Positions 47,716 through 60,800 of a stretch of DNA of 64,000 bases are shown here, piece by piece; position 1 is the first letter of the stretch; the number at the start of each line of letters is the position of its first letter. Below the pieces are notes generated by a model. That model ran no database searches, was not told the DNA's origin, and saw nothing but the letters and a program-made list of their open reading frames with translations. The translations under genes and the position numbers were made by a program. Origin of the DNA: Cenococcum geophilum (Eukaryota); NCBI GenBank assembly GCA_050273025.1, contig CP158635.1:4526001-4590000 (forward strand). Reading direction: 5' to 3'.

Positions 47716-50327
47716 CTTTATAGTAGGGTTAATATACTTTTTTAGTACTAAGACTTTCTTAATATCGGCTATTATAACAGCAAAGATTGTATATTTAGGT
47801 CTTTTAGCAAGTTAAGCTAGTAGGGTAGCTTTAATTATGCAGATATTTAGGGCGTTAAGCTTACTTAGGTTATCTATAGTTTCGTATATAGTTTTTTTAT
47901 TTAGCTTTAGGTTTAGTATTAGGTACGGAGTTAGTATTAGATTTAGATTTAGGTTCTTTAAGTATACTCTTTATAGTAGAGTATTAGTCTTTCTAGTATA
48001 TTTATATAGTAAGCTTAAGCTTTTACTTAATATGGAGTGATATAGTTCTTAGGGTCTATTTATAGGGATTAGTAGAACTTTTAGATCCTTAATAGATATT
48101 GGTAGAAGTCTTATATTAGTGGAATTTAGTAGAATTCTTAGGCTAGTAGAATTAGGTAGACTTCTTAAGTATAGGGTAGATCTTAATAGATTTTTAGATT
48201 TTAGTTTTAGGTCTAAGTAGTAAGTTATAAGGCACTTTTGCTTATAACGGAAGGCGGTAAATAGAAGCTTAAGGTTGTCTTAATTAACAGTTACCTTATA
48301 TAGCTTTATTTAAAGTTATTTAAGAATTACTAAGTAACTTAGGGTAGTAATAAAAAGCCTAATTAGTTCTTTATAGTTTAGGTATTAGAGTCTTAGGTAT
48401 ACTACGTAAGTAATTTAGCCTAAGACTACGCGTTTACTATTAAATCTAAATATATTAATATGCTGGTTAAGAGGGGTTAGGGTAAAACTATTATCTTATA
48501 TAAAGATCTTATTAATAAATTCTATGCTACTAGCTCCTATATTAATTAGAACTTAAGTATTAGCCTATTAATTTTTCTGCTAAAAATAATAGTTAACGGT
48601 TATACTATAATCCTAAGAGTTAGAGTTTATAATATCTAAAGTATTTAATAAGATCCTAAGGTAGAGCCGTCCTAGAGAGTAACTTAGCTTTAAAACTTTC
48701 CTTTTAGAGGCGATTAGGGCGGAGTTCTTATAGCGTATTAGTTATAGCTTCGTCCTTATAAGTGGTGCTTATTAAATAACACGCTAGAGCTGGATAATAA
48801 TTAGGATTAGTAGATAGGGCTTAGTTAAGGCGATTAGTTACTTATACTAGTTGTCTCTTTTATATATTTAAAACAATAGAACACTCCTATACTAGTTGTT
48901 TATATATATATATTTAGGGTAGTAGGATAGAGCAATAGCTTAAGATATAAGCATTGCTTCCGCATTTAAAATAAAGGCCGTATTTAATACGTTATTTATA
49001 TTTAGTAGATCCTTTTAGGGTACAAGAGAGGGTTCTAGCGTTAATATCTATGGCGTCTAGGTTCTTACGAGTCCTAGGCGGCTAAGGGGTAAAGTATTAA
49101 GGTATATGTTTTAGAGCGAGGCGTAGTATATTATTATATAAGCTATTAATAATATTAGCGTAGGTAGTAACAGTTTCTAGTAGTATAACTCCTATAGGGG
49201 ATGCTTTTAATTTAGTGTTTAAAGATTCTATTAGGCGGTTAATTAAGGTAGATTTATTCTATTTAGTTTCTTTAATATAGTAATAAAACTTAGCGAAGTA
49301 TAACGGGAAGCTCTTAGAGCCCTATGCTATCCTATTTAGTTTCCTTTATATAGTAGCAGTTTAGTTAGGGTCGCTATAAGAGGCTTCTAGTATAGCAACT
49401 AGCTCTTTTATAGTATTTAGTTAAAATAGGTATATAGTTTTTATATCGCCTTTTATTAAGTAGCTTATAGTATAATATAACTAGCTATTAAAAGTAGGGT
49501 AGTGATTAATATTACCGTTTAGCTTGTTCTTAAGTTAGTTAAAGAAGGAACATAGTTTACTCCTTTTACCTAAATAGGCGGGAGGATTAGGGAGACGTTT
49601 AGTTAGCTTTTTTTACTAGGCCACTAGTTAGTAAATTTAGGGTTAAGGAGCTAGTTTTAGATATATTTCTTCTATCTAGTACTTATAGGTTAATACTAGT
49701 GGAAATAGGTGGGGGCGACAGTATAGTAAACGGTGGGTTATAGTAGATCTCTTTAATTTCCTTTCTTAAGGATCTAATTATCTCTTAGCGTTAAGCCTTT
49801 TATTATATAAGAGCGTCTATAAAGGCCTATTATAGGCCCTTTATTTATTTAGTAAACATATTATATAAGTCAGTTATAGATATAGGGGCTTTTAAGTTGT
49901 TCTATATATTAGACGGAGTAAGGTAGTATAGGTTTAATATAATATAGTATTACAGCGTAAGTATAAGCGGCGATAATATATAGCGGAGTAGATACTATTA
50001 AGCTATATATATAAACTATATAATAAAGTTAAAATATTATATAAGAAAAGAAGGTAGGAAAATGGGAAGAAAGGGTATATATTATAGACTTAGTTGCTTA
50101 GTTAATATATATATAAAGCAGAATAGGATTTAGGTGGTAGTCCTAGTAGAACTTAGTAAGATTTAGTAGAACTTAGTAAAACTTAGTAGAATATAGTAGA
50201 TTGCGGTAGATTGCCATTAGATTGCCGTAGATTGCTATTAGATTGCCTTCTTATATTCGGTCTCTAGTTGCTAAGTTAGTAGAAATAGGTAGATATATAT
50301 AAGGTTTTACGAGAGTATCCCATAACA
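47716..50327 (-). mobile_element. truncated gypsy-type element: 5' LTR (ends 50327), gag and protease
   Basis: LTR terminus tgttatggga on the minus strand. Gag RLPNPPAY.GKRS.L.SFFNQL.NKL.GN ~49590, protease VLI(D)(T)GASS ~48545. No RT visible. It hosts the 37071-47711 insertion. Confidence 0.65.
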
Positions 50328-51850
50328 TTATTAAATCTTTAGGTGCATTATATCTATTATTACTAATTTTATTTATAGCCCGATTTAATCACTTTTCTAA
50401 GTCTATATAGGTTTCTACCTTCTATTTATAGGAAAAATCCCTAGTAAGGGAAAAACCTAAGTATAACCTTTTAGCTAGTCTTATGCGCTTTACATTTACC
50501 TAGTATTAGACCTTACGCTACTAATACGGCATGCCTAGGCTAGAGAGCTTATAAGGTATTCTAACTGACGGTCCGTCTAGTCGCGGGACACTACTACTAT
50601 CTTTTTAGTTTATATAGTTAAATGGGTTAGGCTTAGGTATAATACCTAGCCTATTCACCTTATAATATATCTACCTTTTATACTATACTTTTAAGGTATC
50701 TTAAAAGGTCCAGGGGCTAGTAAAAGGGTTTTAGTAATTCGCCTATATATCGCCTTTAGCTTAGTGGGGGTATTTAGTCCCTAAGGGGCTAGAATAGGGC
50801 GTATCCTCTTATATCTTTCTATTGGGTTTGATATACTATCTAGAACTACTAAAAAACTTCTTAACCTATAAGCCATTTTATTACTATATATAGGCCCTTA
50901 CTTATAAAAAGTATTTAGGTAATATTATTTATACCCACTCTAGCAAATAGCTAGTCTTTTACTATATACTAGTTGTAGAAAAGTATTATATAGTGTACTA
51001 ACTATATAGGCCATCCGTATATATTATATCTATATATATCTCTCCTATAATAGAGTCTATTTCGCTTATTATCTAAATTTTATACACCCTAGAACCCTTT
51101 TAATTTAGGGTTCTATAGCTAATAGCTTACGCTATATTTAGCATCCTTATAAATTTAATATACGTTATTATAGTCAAACGTAAAGTGCTTAATTAAACAC
51201 TTTTTATTCCTTATAGTATACTAGTATCTTCTTATACGTTTATATTTTAAGTGCCTTTTACCATATAGTTACTCTAATTACCTTTATAGTCTTTAGCAAA
51301 ATAACCTTATTTTCTATAATTTATATAAGCTCCTTTAAATTACTTATTCTACTATAGAGTCCGCCTAAACATCTCCTGCTATTAAGATCCCTAGTTTAGC
51401 CTTTACTCCTTAGTTCTATAAGTACTTAATTCTTAACCTTTAGGTTTCTATAGTTTCTTATTTCCTCTTTAGGTTTCTTTAATACCGCTTAAATCTATTA
51501 GCTTTACACTATACTATAATTTAAACACCTACTAATATATCTTTTTTATATGCGTTAGTCCTATTATCCCTTAATTAACTTATTGCTTTAGTATAGCTAG
51601 TTATCTATTTTAATAGCTTGCTCAATTATTTCACTTATATTGCTTATATCGTCTACTAGTATTATTATATTTTAGACTTTAGCTTTTAGTCCTTATTAAT
51701 GTTACGCTATTAGCGCCCCTTAATTCTATTTAGTTTATACTGCTAAGGCCTAAAACTACGTTATATTCTATTACTAATCCCTTTTATATATATTAGTAGA
51801 TCTTTCCTTTTACCTTTACTATTAATTATAGGTCTCTATATATCTGCATA
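50328..51850 (-). mobile_element. unclassified RIP-degenerate repeat with possible minus-strand ORF remnant
   Basis: RIP-type composition and a protein-like minus frame around 50820-51120; no recognisable domain. Confidence 0.3.
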
Positions 51851-51859
51851 AGATCAATT

Positions 51860-54800
51860 TAAAAATAGGCAAAAAAAGGAGCTCTTGCTGCACCCGGCCT
51901 AAAAAGACTAAAACCAACCAAAAAGAATCCTAAAAAACACCTAGAGAATCCCCCTAAGATATATACATCGCAGGGGAGGCACACGTTAACTAACGGTGGC
52001 TTATACTCGCGCGTAACCGCCAGATCTACGCCTAACAACGGCCCTCTATAATAAAGACGGGCGAATACTATACTATAAAGCGGAAACACCTCTATTAAGA
52101 AGGCATCTAATAAAATATAAAGCCTATTGGACGCGTCTAGTATCTAGAATTATAGGAAAGTAACTATTAGCTATAACGAACTAATATAGCTAGTAGAATG
52201 GCTCCGCTAGTCTAGTAAACCTTAGGCGCCCCTCTAGTAAACCCTTAATTAAATCCTCTAATATAAGGTGAGGATGTGGATAGGGAGTCTAATAATAGAA
52301 CAATGGGTATATTGTATAGACAGAGACGAATCCTTAAGGGAAAAGGAGGAGTCCGTATGCGAGGTAGGAAGGGTTTTCCCTAGGCACGTATAGAGCACGT
52401 ACCTTACAGGCGAGTCACCCCTAGGTTGCCCCAGAGTCGCCTATACCTTGCGGCTATATAACTATCTACTTAGGTTTCACCTAATAATGCCCCCCCCTTT
52501 AAAAAGGGTCGTCCCCAATCCTTTATATACTTAAGCCTTAATAAAACCCCATAAAAAACCTTAGTAAGGAAAAAATTTGGTGGGGAAAGAGCGTCTTGAT
52601 TTTGCGTATAGAGAGATAGGTAGTATACGTGCGCGGCGCGAAGATATTAAGGAACTTTAACCGGCGGTTAAAGTTGTCTAATTAGTTAGATTTGCCTTAC
52701 TAAGACTCCCCCGTATTTAACCGAGCTAGTAGCTATTTTATATACCCGGCATAGAAAATCCTAATTAGTCTATTTAATAGGTAGAGCTAGTGGAGCTCAA
52801 TACCGTCGCCTAAATTTAGTAGACCAGAAATATTCCAAAAGCCCGCTTACGTAGGTAGGTCGCTAGTACCTCGCGGGTTAGTTATAAATTATTCGCATAT
52901 AGCCAGATTCATAAACGGTAAGACTATATGCCTATTAAATCCGCCATTAACCCTGCTTTGGCCTTACGCTATACTAACATAGCGCCGTATATACTTCGCG
53001 GGTAGGTTATAGATTACTTATATATAGCCAGGTTTAGGACGGTAAGGCTATATACCTATTAAATCCGCCGCTAACCTATGCTTTTGCCTTACGCGTTATC
53101 TATATAGTATATGCATAGAATAGTATAAGTTATCGGTATAGGTTACTACTAGTGGGTTACTAGTAGGTTATAGACCCTAGTTAGATGGACCCTAGTTATA
53201 ACTAGGCCTATTCTCTAATATATAAACAATCTGCTTAGCTGGTATAGAGTAACAGACTAGGTCTAGGAAGGGTACTTTCTAAATTAAGGCTACAGTTCTT
53301 ACAGCAATCATTACTTATTCTTTAATCCCTTAGGACGTCCTCTGCTCCGCTTTAATACAGGTTATATTTTAACAGCGGCGCTTGCTTTTCGCCTGCGCTT
53401 TAGCTATAAGGCTAGGGTGTTTCGCTTACGGTACTCGTTTAACAGTTATTAACAATTTTTAAGTTCTATCTTGTATTTCCATTTATTATACTCGTTTAGC
53501 CATCCTAGCTATTTAATAAGGTACTATGGTTATCTAGTATAATTCTAGTAGGTGACAATTACTTCTACTTTCTAGCTGCCTTCCTTAAGCTCTTTTACTG
53601 CCAGGGGTTAAAACCTAGGGCGTAACCTATAAGGCTTTAGTAGGGAAATATAAAAGACTGAGTAGAGCCGTACTATAGCAGGTAGGAGCTCTAATTTATA
53701 TACTTGCTGCCCTATACGCTCTAGGATCTAAAACAGTCCTATAAACTTATAGTTAAGCTTTTTATAGGGACGTTTCGTACAGATGTTCTTAGAGGAGAGT
53801 AGGACTCATTTACTGACGGCGAAGTGTTTAGCTAGGCGGTAACGATTATAGTATTTTGCCTAAAGCTTTTAGGCGTGCATTATTAACGCCGCCGCTGCCT
53901 TATATATAAGGCGCAGGCGTTATAGATGCGTCTCTACGAGTTAGACATTCGTTAACTTAAACCCCTCCCTACCTTACTAGGCGTCTTAGACGCTATCTAG
54001 GACTTTATCCAGGACGTTTAGTAGCTAGCTATAGGTAAGCTCAATAGGGGAACGCTTTATTATAGTATAGACCTTAGAGTTATAGGTAAAGGCTGCTTCT
54101 TTAAGTAGGGAGGCCCAATTAGACTGTTCCCAGTTTATAAATATACGCAGGTATACCTTAAGCTCCTAGTTCTAACGCTCCGTCTAACTATCTATCTATA
54201 AGTAAAATATAGTACTAAGTTTATATTAAACGCGGAGATAGTAGCACATAGTACTCTAGTACTCGCTTATAAATACACTACCCCTATTAGAGACAATATT
54301 ATCTAGAGGCCCTATTTATATAAAGACTCTAAATAAGAGTTCTGCGAGTTATGTAGCATTAATTATCTTATACACTGGATAGTAGCGCACTAGCTTTATA
54401 AAACGGTCTATAAGGATAAAGATGGAGTTATACTCTACGCTATTAGGAGTCTTAGACTCTAGAAGATCTATAATAAAGTTAAGTAAATAATGCTGCTAGG
54501 CTCGGGTAAGGGCCTAGAGAGGCTACAGCTTACTATAAAGTTTATAGCGGCGCGATTTAGAGCATTAGTAGGCATTACAATTATCTAGGTATTTATAGAG
54601 ATCCTAGGTAAGGCCGTTCCAAGTATACTTTCGCGTAATTACCTTAAAAGTACGGTTAAAACCATAGTAGCCGCCCATAAGATCGTCATAATTCCGCTTA
54701 AGGATCTCCTATCGCAGTAGTATGCAATTCGGCACCCAGACCTTATTATTTTACCTTAGGAGTCCTTAATTATCAAGGGTATAGTCCTTATTACTAGCAG

Positions 54801-57800
54801 GAACTCGTTTCTAGGTTAACTAATCACATATAAAGCGTGTAAAGGCGTCTCTTTTTTATACTCTATAAATAAAATTAACCAGTAACTCGGGGGGTTATTC
54901 CATAAACGCCGTTTCGGCTAAAGCAGCTACTACTACTTCTTACTATGGCACGAGACTCTATGCAAAGTCGGTGCTAGCGAAGTAATATATAATATATAGG
55001 TGACTCGCCGGGTCATTACGGGGGACCGTAGCCTAGGCCAAGGGGTCTTCCCTAGGGTCAAGCACTATCAGGTTAGTTAGAGTAGTCTTAAAGAGAATAG
55101 TAGGACGCTCTAATCCGCCGGCGCCAAGTTCATAAGGGTCACTCGTATACTACACGTATGCTACTTGCTAGTTTAGTATAGTAGCACCAGGGCCACCTAT
55201 AAGGCCTATAACCCGCAACTTTTGCTATAATATAGGCAGCATAGCATTAAGGATTGTCCTCTTACTACTATCTTTAAAGCCTTTGGCATAATCCGGGCGC
55301 CGGGATAGTATATTAGCAAGATTTATCTTGCCTAGCTTATATTTAATCTTAAAATTAAACTTAGCTAGTTCCTTAATATACCGGGCCTAGCAAGTAAATA
55401 AGCTCTTAGTGGTTATAAAATACCTAAGATTATTATAATTATAGAGCACGCGCGTTATATACGCGGCGTATTTAAGGTAATAGCGCCATATCTTAAAGTA
55501 TTGCACTATAGCGAGTAGTTCTTTATTATACGTATTATACCGTACTTCTAGGCTAGTAAGCTTTTAACTATAATAAGCGATTGAGTACTAATAGAGTTAA
55601 TCTCCCTACCCTAAAGGCTGTAGAAGTATACCGCCATAGGCATAATTAGAAGCGTTAGTAATCACTATTAGGGGTAGATTAGGGTTAAAGTGGTAAAGTA
55701 GAGGAGCCTATATAAACGTAGCGCGTAGCTTATAAAACGCCTATTACGCGTTATTAGGCTAGGACCAGGGTTAATACCATTTAGTAGGCCCTTTTGACTT
55801 GCGCTTCTTCTTCTTCTCCCCATCTAACGTTAGGTTACGATGCGCCTATGCAAAATATGCGTGTAGGGGGTATGCGGTATCTAAGTAGTTCCAGATAAAT
55901 CGCCTATAGAAGTTAGTAAAGCTAAGGAAGACCTAGATATCCCTATAGGACTTAGGCTTAGGCCATTCCTTAATAGCTTTTACGCGGTTAGGGTCTATTA
56001 TAATACCCCTAGGGGTAATAATAAAGCCTAGGAACTTAACGTTCTTAGTATAAAAGATATATTTTAATAGTTTAGCGTATAGGCCTTAAGCGCGGAGCTG
56101 TCGCAGTACCTGCTTAACGTGCTCGACGTGCTTATCCTCTTTATTTAAGTAGATAAGAATATTATTTAGGTAGACTATATAGATAGTATCTACTAGGGTT
56201 CCTAGAGCTTTATAAATGTAGCTTTAGAACGTTGTAGGGGCGTTAGTAAGACTAAAGGGCATTACTAGATACTCAAAGTGACTATAGCGTGTCTTAAATG
56301 CGGTCTTCTATACGTCTCCCTTTTTAATGCGAATCCTATAGTACGCATTATAAAGATCTAGCTTTATAAATATCTTCGCATAGCTAAACCTATTAAAGAG
56401 TTCGCCAACTAGCGGTAGGGGGTACCGATTTTTAATCGTAATCTTGTTTAGGCGTCTATAGTCAATATATAGCCGCATTATACCGTCTACTTTCGGCATA
56501 AAGAGGATAGGCGCTTTAGTAGGCGACTTGCTAGGCCTAATCCAGCCCTTCTCAAGAGCACTGTCTAGGTACTCCTATAAGATCTACAACTCTTTCTATA
56601 AGAGGTTATAGAGGGGCATTTACGGTGGCGTCTTACCTTCTTTTAAGTCGATCGCATAGTTGTACTTAGAGTTCTATAGTAGTATACTTGCTAGCTCGTT
56701 AGAGAAGACATTAATTTCCTCCTTATATATATCTGGTAGGCTAGGGGCCATAAAGGTTAAAGCGACTATTATATAGTAGTATACTTCTGGGAGCCAGTAA
56801 AGAAAAGGGTGCGGCTAATATGCGTTTCGTAAATATGCTCGCATAGAGAGTGTATATAGCTCTACTATAGTATACTTAATAGTTTTAGGGTTTCGATTAC
56901 CTCCCCTTTACGTATAGGTAATCTACGCCGGCACTAGAGGGTCTCTATAGGTACTCGCTGCTAGTAACGGCAGGTCCTCTACTATATTTATAACCGGTAT
57001 CTTTACGTCTAGAGGGTCTATACAGGTACTCGCTGCCAGTAATAACAGGTCCTCTATTATGTTCACAACTGGCGTAAAAAAGAAGTCTTCTAGCTATAGT
57101 GAATAGACTATTTCGCTAGCCTTAATGTCTACTAGGAGAGCGTTAAGGGTGACTATTTAGAGGCATCTAAGGTCTGAAGTACCCTAGACAAACTGTCTAA
57201 AACGGAAGCTAATTAATAGATCTGCTTCCGCGAGCCAATCCTATCTAAGAACTATATTATAACTATTAAATAAGCCGCCCTAAAAGGTCTGCGGGCCAAT
57301 AGTGCGAAAGGTACCTTAGGAGTCGCTAGTAGTAACTATTAGATTATAAGCATCCCAGATTATTATCTGGTTGCTATTAAGAAAACGTATAATAGGTTTA
57401 CGTAAACGTAGCGCGTAGTGTATAGGTAGGTTAAACCTATAGATAACATCTTAATTAATAAGGTTAATTTAGTACCTATTATTATATAAAGCATGTAGGC
57501 GGACTTTGCCCTAGGGCATATCTATCGCAATATATACCACAATACGTTTCTTCTCTCCCTCTATATTAGGCCCTAGTTGCAGTTAAGAGAGATACACTAC
57601 TAGGGCTTTAGGTTTTCCAAAGCCCGCGCTAACTTCTCTTTAGCCTACTTCTAGTATTCCTTATAATGGCCGCCTATAGTCCTTTAACTTACCTACGTAG
57701 TATTAGCGTCCGGGGGGTCCCTTAAGCTATCTAGCTTTTAGGTAGTCTCCCTAGGAGTTTACTTAAAAAAGCGTCGCCCTTTTTAGGTTTTGTTCCCTAA

Positions 57801-60800
57801 GCCTAACTCTATAGAGCCTATACTGCGACCGCGCTTTATACGCGATAATTTACCGCTACCACTTACGCGATCTTCTGCGAGCTTTATAGTATTAAGCAAT
57901 TGCTCTATACGGCGGATTTCGTTAAAGAGGTCTTCAGCGGTTTTTACCTATTAGGTAAAGTTTTAGCAAAAAAGCTCTACTTATAGGTAGGCTAGAAGAT
58001 ATAAGAACTAAAAGTCTACCTATTATTTAGGATTGATAAAAGGGGTATATAAGAAGAGGTCCTCTAAGCTATGTATATAGGCTAGGAAGACGTCAAACCT
58101 CTAGTTCTCCTTTATAATAGCTATATAGTATATTATAGCGTTATTAAAGCGTCTTACTATAGGGTTCCTAATCTAGTCTTAGACTATAGTCTTAAATTCG
58201 TCCTATAGTAAAGGACCCTTATCCTTAGTACCTAACCGGTAATATACTAGTTAGGTAATTATCTTCTCTTTTATAAGACCTTTAATGGCCTAGCGCGTGC
58301 GTCGCTTATAGTCGTAGTTAGCGTCATTAACCTTAAATCGGTTCTTAACTACGGCAATCCACCGGTCGAAATGCTATTAAGTAGTACCGCTAATATTAGG
58401 TGGTAACTTCTTAACTAGGGCGTTAAGATTTGTTCGGCGTATACGTTCGCTATATAACTTATACTCTTTACTAAAGAGGCGACAGGAGGGCTTTATTAAA
58501 TTAATAATGCTCTATAAGTTAGCTATTTTCTTAGCCAGCTTATCTAGCTCCTTTATATTAGCGGTATTAGGTAGGACGCTAGTAACCTTACTAAGCTCCT
58601 ATTAAGCCCAGGTATATAAGTCAAACTAGTCTTTAGCGTTCGTAGATATCTAATCGTTTTAAGATTTAGAAAATGGCTTAGATGCTACTAGTGTACTTCT
58701 AGCGGTTTTGTCTGCACTAGATCCTAAGGCATTCTGCAGTTGCATCGCTAGCGTATTACCGTTAGATATAGGCGTTAGTTTTCTTTTCAGAGGCATTATA
58801 GAAAAATTAAACTGGCTATCCTCCTAAGGGGATTAGGAAAGATTTAAATATAAGGTAAGGATATAGATAGGGAGTCCAATAATAGAACAATGGGTATATT
58901 GTATAGACAGAGACGAATCCTTAAGGGAAAAGGAGGAGTCCGTGTGCGAGGTAGGAAGGGTTTTCCCTAGGCACGTATAGAGCACGTACCTCACGGGCGA
59001 GTTACCCCTAGGTTGCCCCAGGGTCGCCCGTACCTTACGGCTATATAATTATCTATTTAGGTTTTACCTAACATCTAATAGCTAAGCAAAATTAAAAATA
59101 AATAAAACCCCCCTTTACCGGCGAACCGCACCTAGGCCGCTATAGCCGCGCTTCTATAGTATAGGGAACCTACCTCCCTTAAGATAATAACTGGGTATAT
59201 AATTATAATATAACCAAATATAGAAAAAGCCAAGGGGCTTAGGGGATAATTAGAAACAGAAGTCCTTATAAAGATTTATAAAGAGGTCTATAATGTAGTT
59301 ATAGTCTAACACCTTAGGAGCGGAGATATTAAAGTTACTCTAAAGGACTAATAGGCAAAGGAACAAGCTATAAGGGTAGAGGATAGGCTAGGAGAACGTA
59401 TTAGCATAAAAGTGCTCCGTAAAGACTACCTAGTTAAAGTCCTAGTGGTTCCTATAAGCCTTAGGGTAGAAAAGGGACGCTAGGCGGATAATATAGTAAC
59501 TTTATAAGAGATAGTAAAACATATAGAACGCCTTATACTAGGCCTTAAGATTACCTAAATCTAATAGCTTTAATAGGAAAATGTAAACTAAGTAAATAAT
59601 AAGAATAATAAGAGGATACGAGGGTCGCTAAAAACTCGCTAGGGAGACACTGGTTAAACGTATAGCTCCCTTATTATTAGTATACATATACTAGGAATAT
59701 AAAAACTCCTTATCTAAAAAGGAATAATTATAAATGGCCTTATATATAACGTAAGGCTCTATAACTATAGACTACGCCTAGAATAATACTACCGCTATAT
59801 ATAATAGGGATATACCCAATCCATATACGTAGTATAGGTGTGCTACGGCTATTATACAGGCCCTTACAATATAAGACACTGCTTAAATTAAGACTAAATA
59901 AAATACGTAAACTGCTATTAAAGTACATATAAGGCGTAGGAGAGAGAAGACTATATTAAATGTAGGAGGTAAAAGGTAAGGGCTTAATAGCTATAGGAAT
60001 AACTGTACGCTAGGTTATATAAATGGAAATAATAGGCAATAAGCTAGGGGGACGCAGGTACCTTCCTAGTATTTCCTACCTTTAGTATTAGGGGGCTAGG
60101 CTAGCTATCCTAAGCCTTAATAGGCTAGAAGCGGCGCTATATAATATTACTAAACTATATAGGGATATAAGGGTTACAGGGGATATAAGGGAGAGGACGC
60201 CCTATAGAAAGACCCCTATAGACAGTTATAGTAAGCTTAAAACTAAGATAATTAAGAATTAGATTTAACGCGGTAAATATAACATTTATAGCTAACCTAT
60301 AAAGGGTATATAGCTAGCTAGTAAGAATAGGGAAGGAATCGGAGATAATAACAGATTTAGATATAGAAGCGCTAGTAAAAACATAAGATACAGGAATAAA
60401 AAACCCATATAAAATAAGTAGTAACTATAGTATAGATATAAGAGACAGAAGTTCTAAATATCTTAAAGAAAGTAGAAATAGAAAGTAAGGAATAAAAGAG
60501 GGGCAAAGGACCCTCGCTGGGGGTCCGCCACCTATCTATTATATAGTATAACTGCGGTAATATAAACCACCGTCTTGTAAGGCCTTTACTAGATAGTCTA
60601 GACCTAGAGAAATACTATATCCTTGCTATATAAGAGCCGTACTTTAATACCTATATATAATTAATATACTACCCCTAAGGATTTTAGCTCCTATATAAAC
60701 TAAAGGCAGCTATACGCGTATACTTTATAATTAGTAAGGCTATTAGCCTATCCTTATAGTTATAGCAGGCAGTTAACCTAGATATTATAGTTATAATAAT

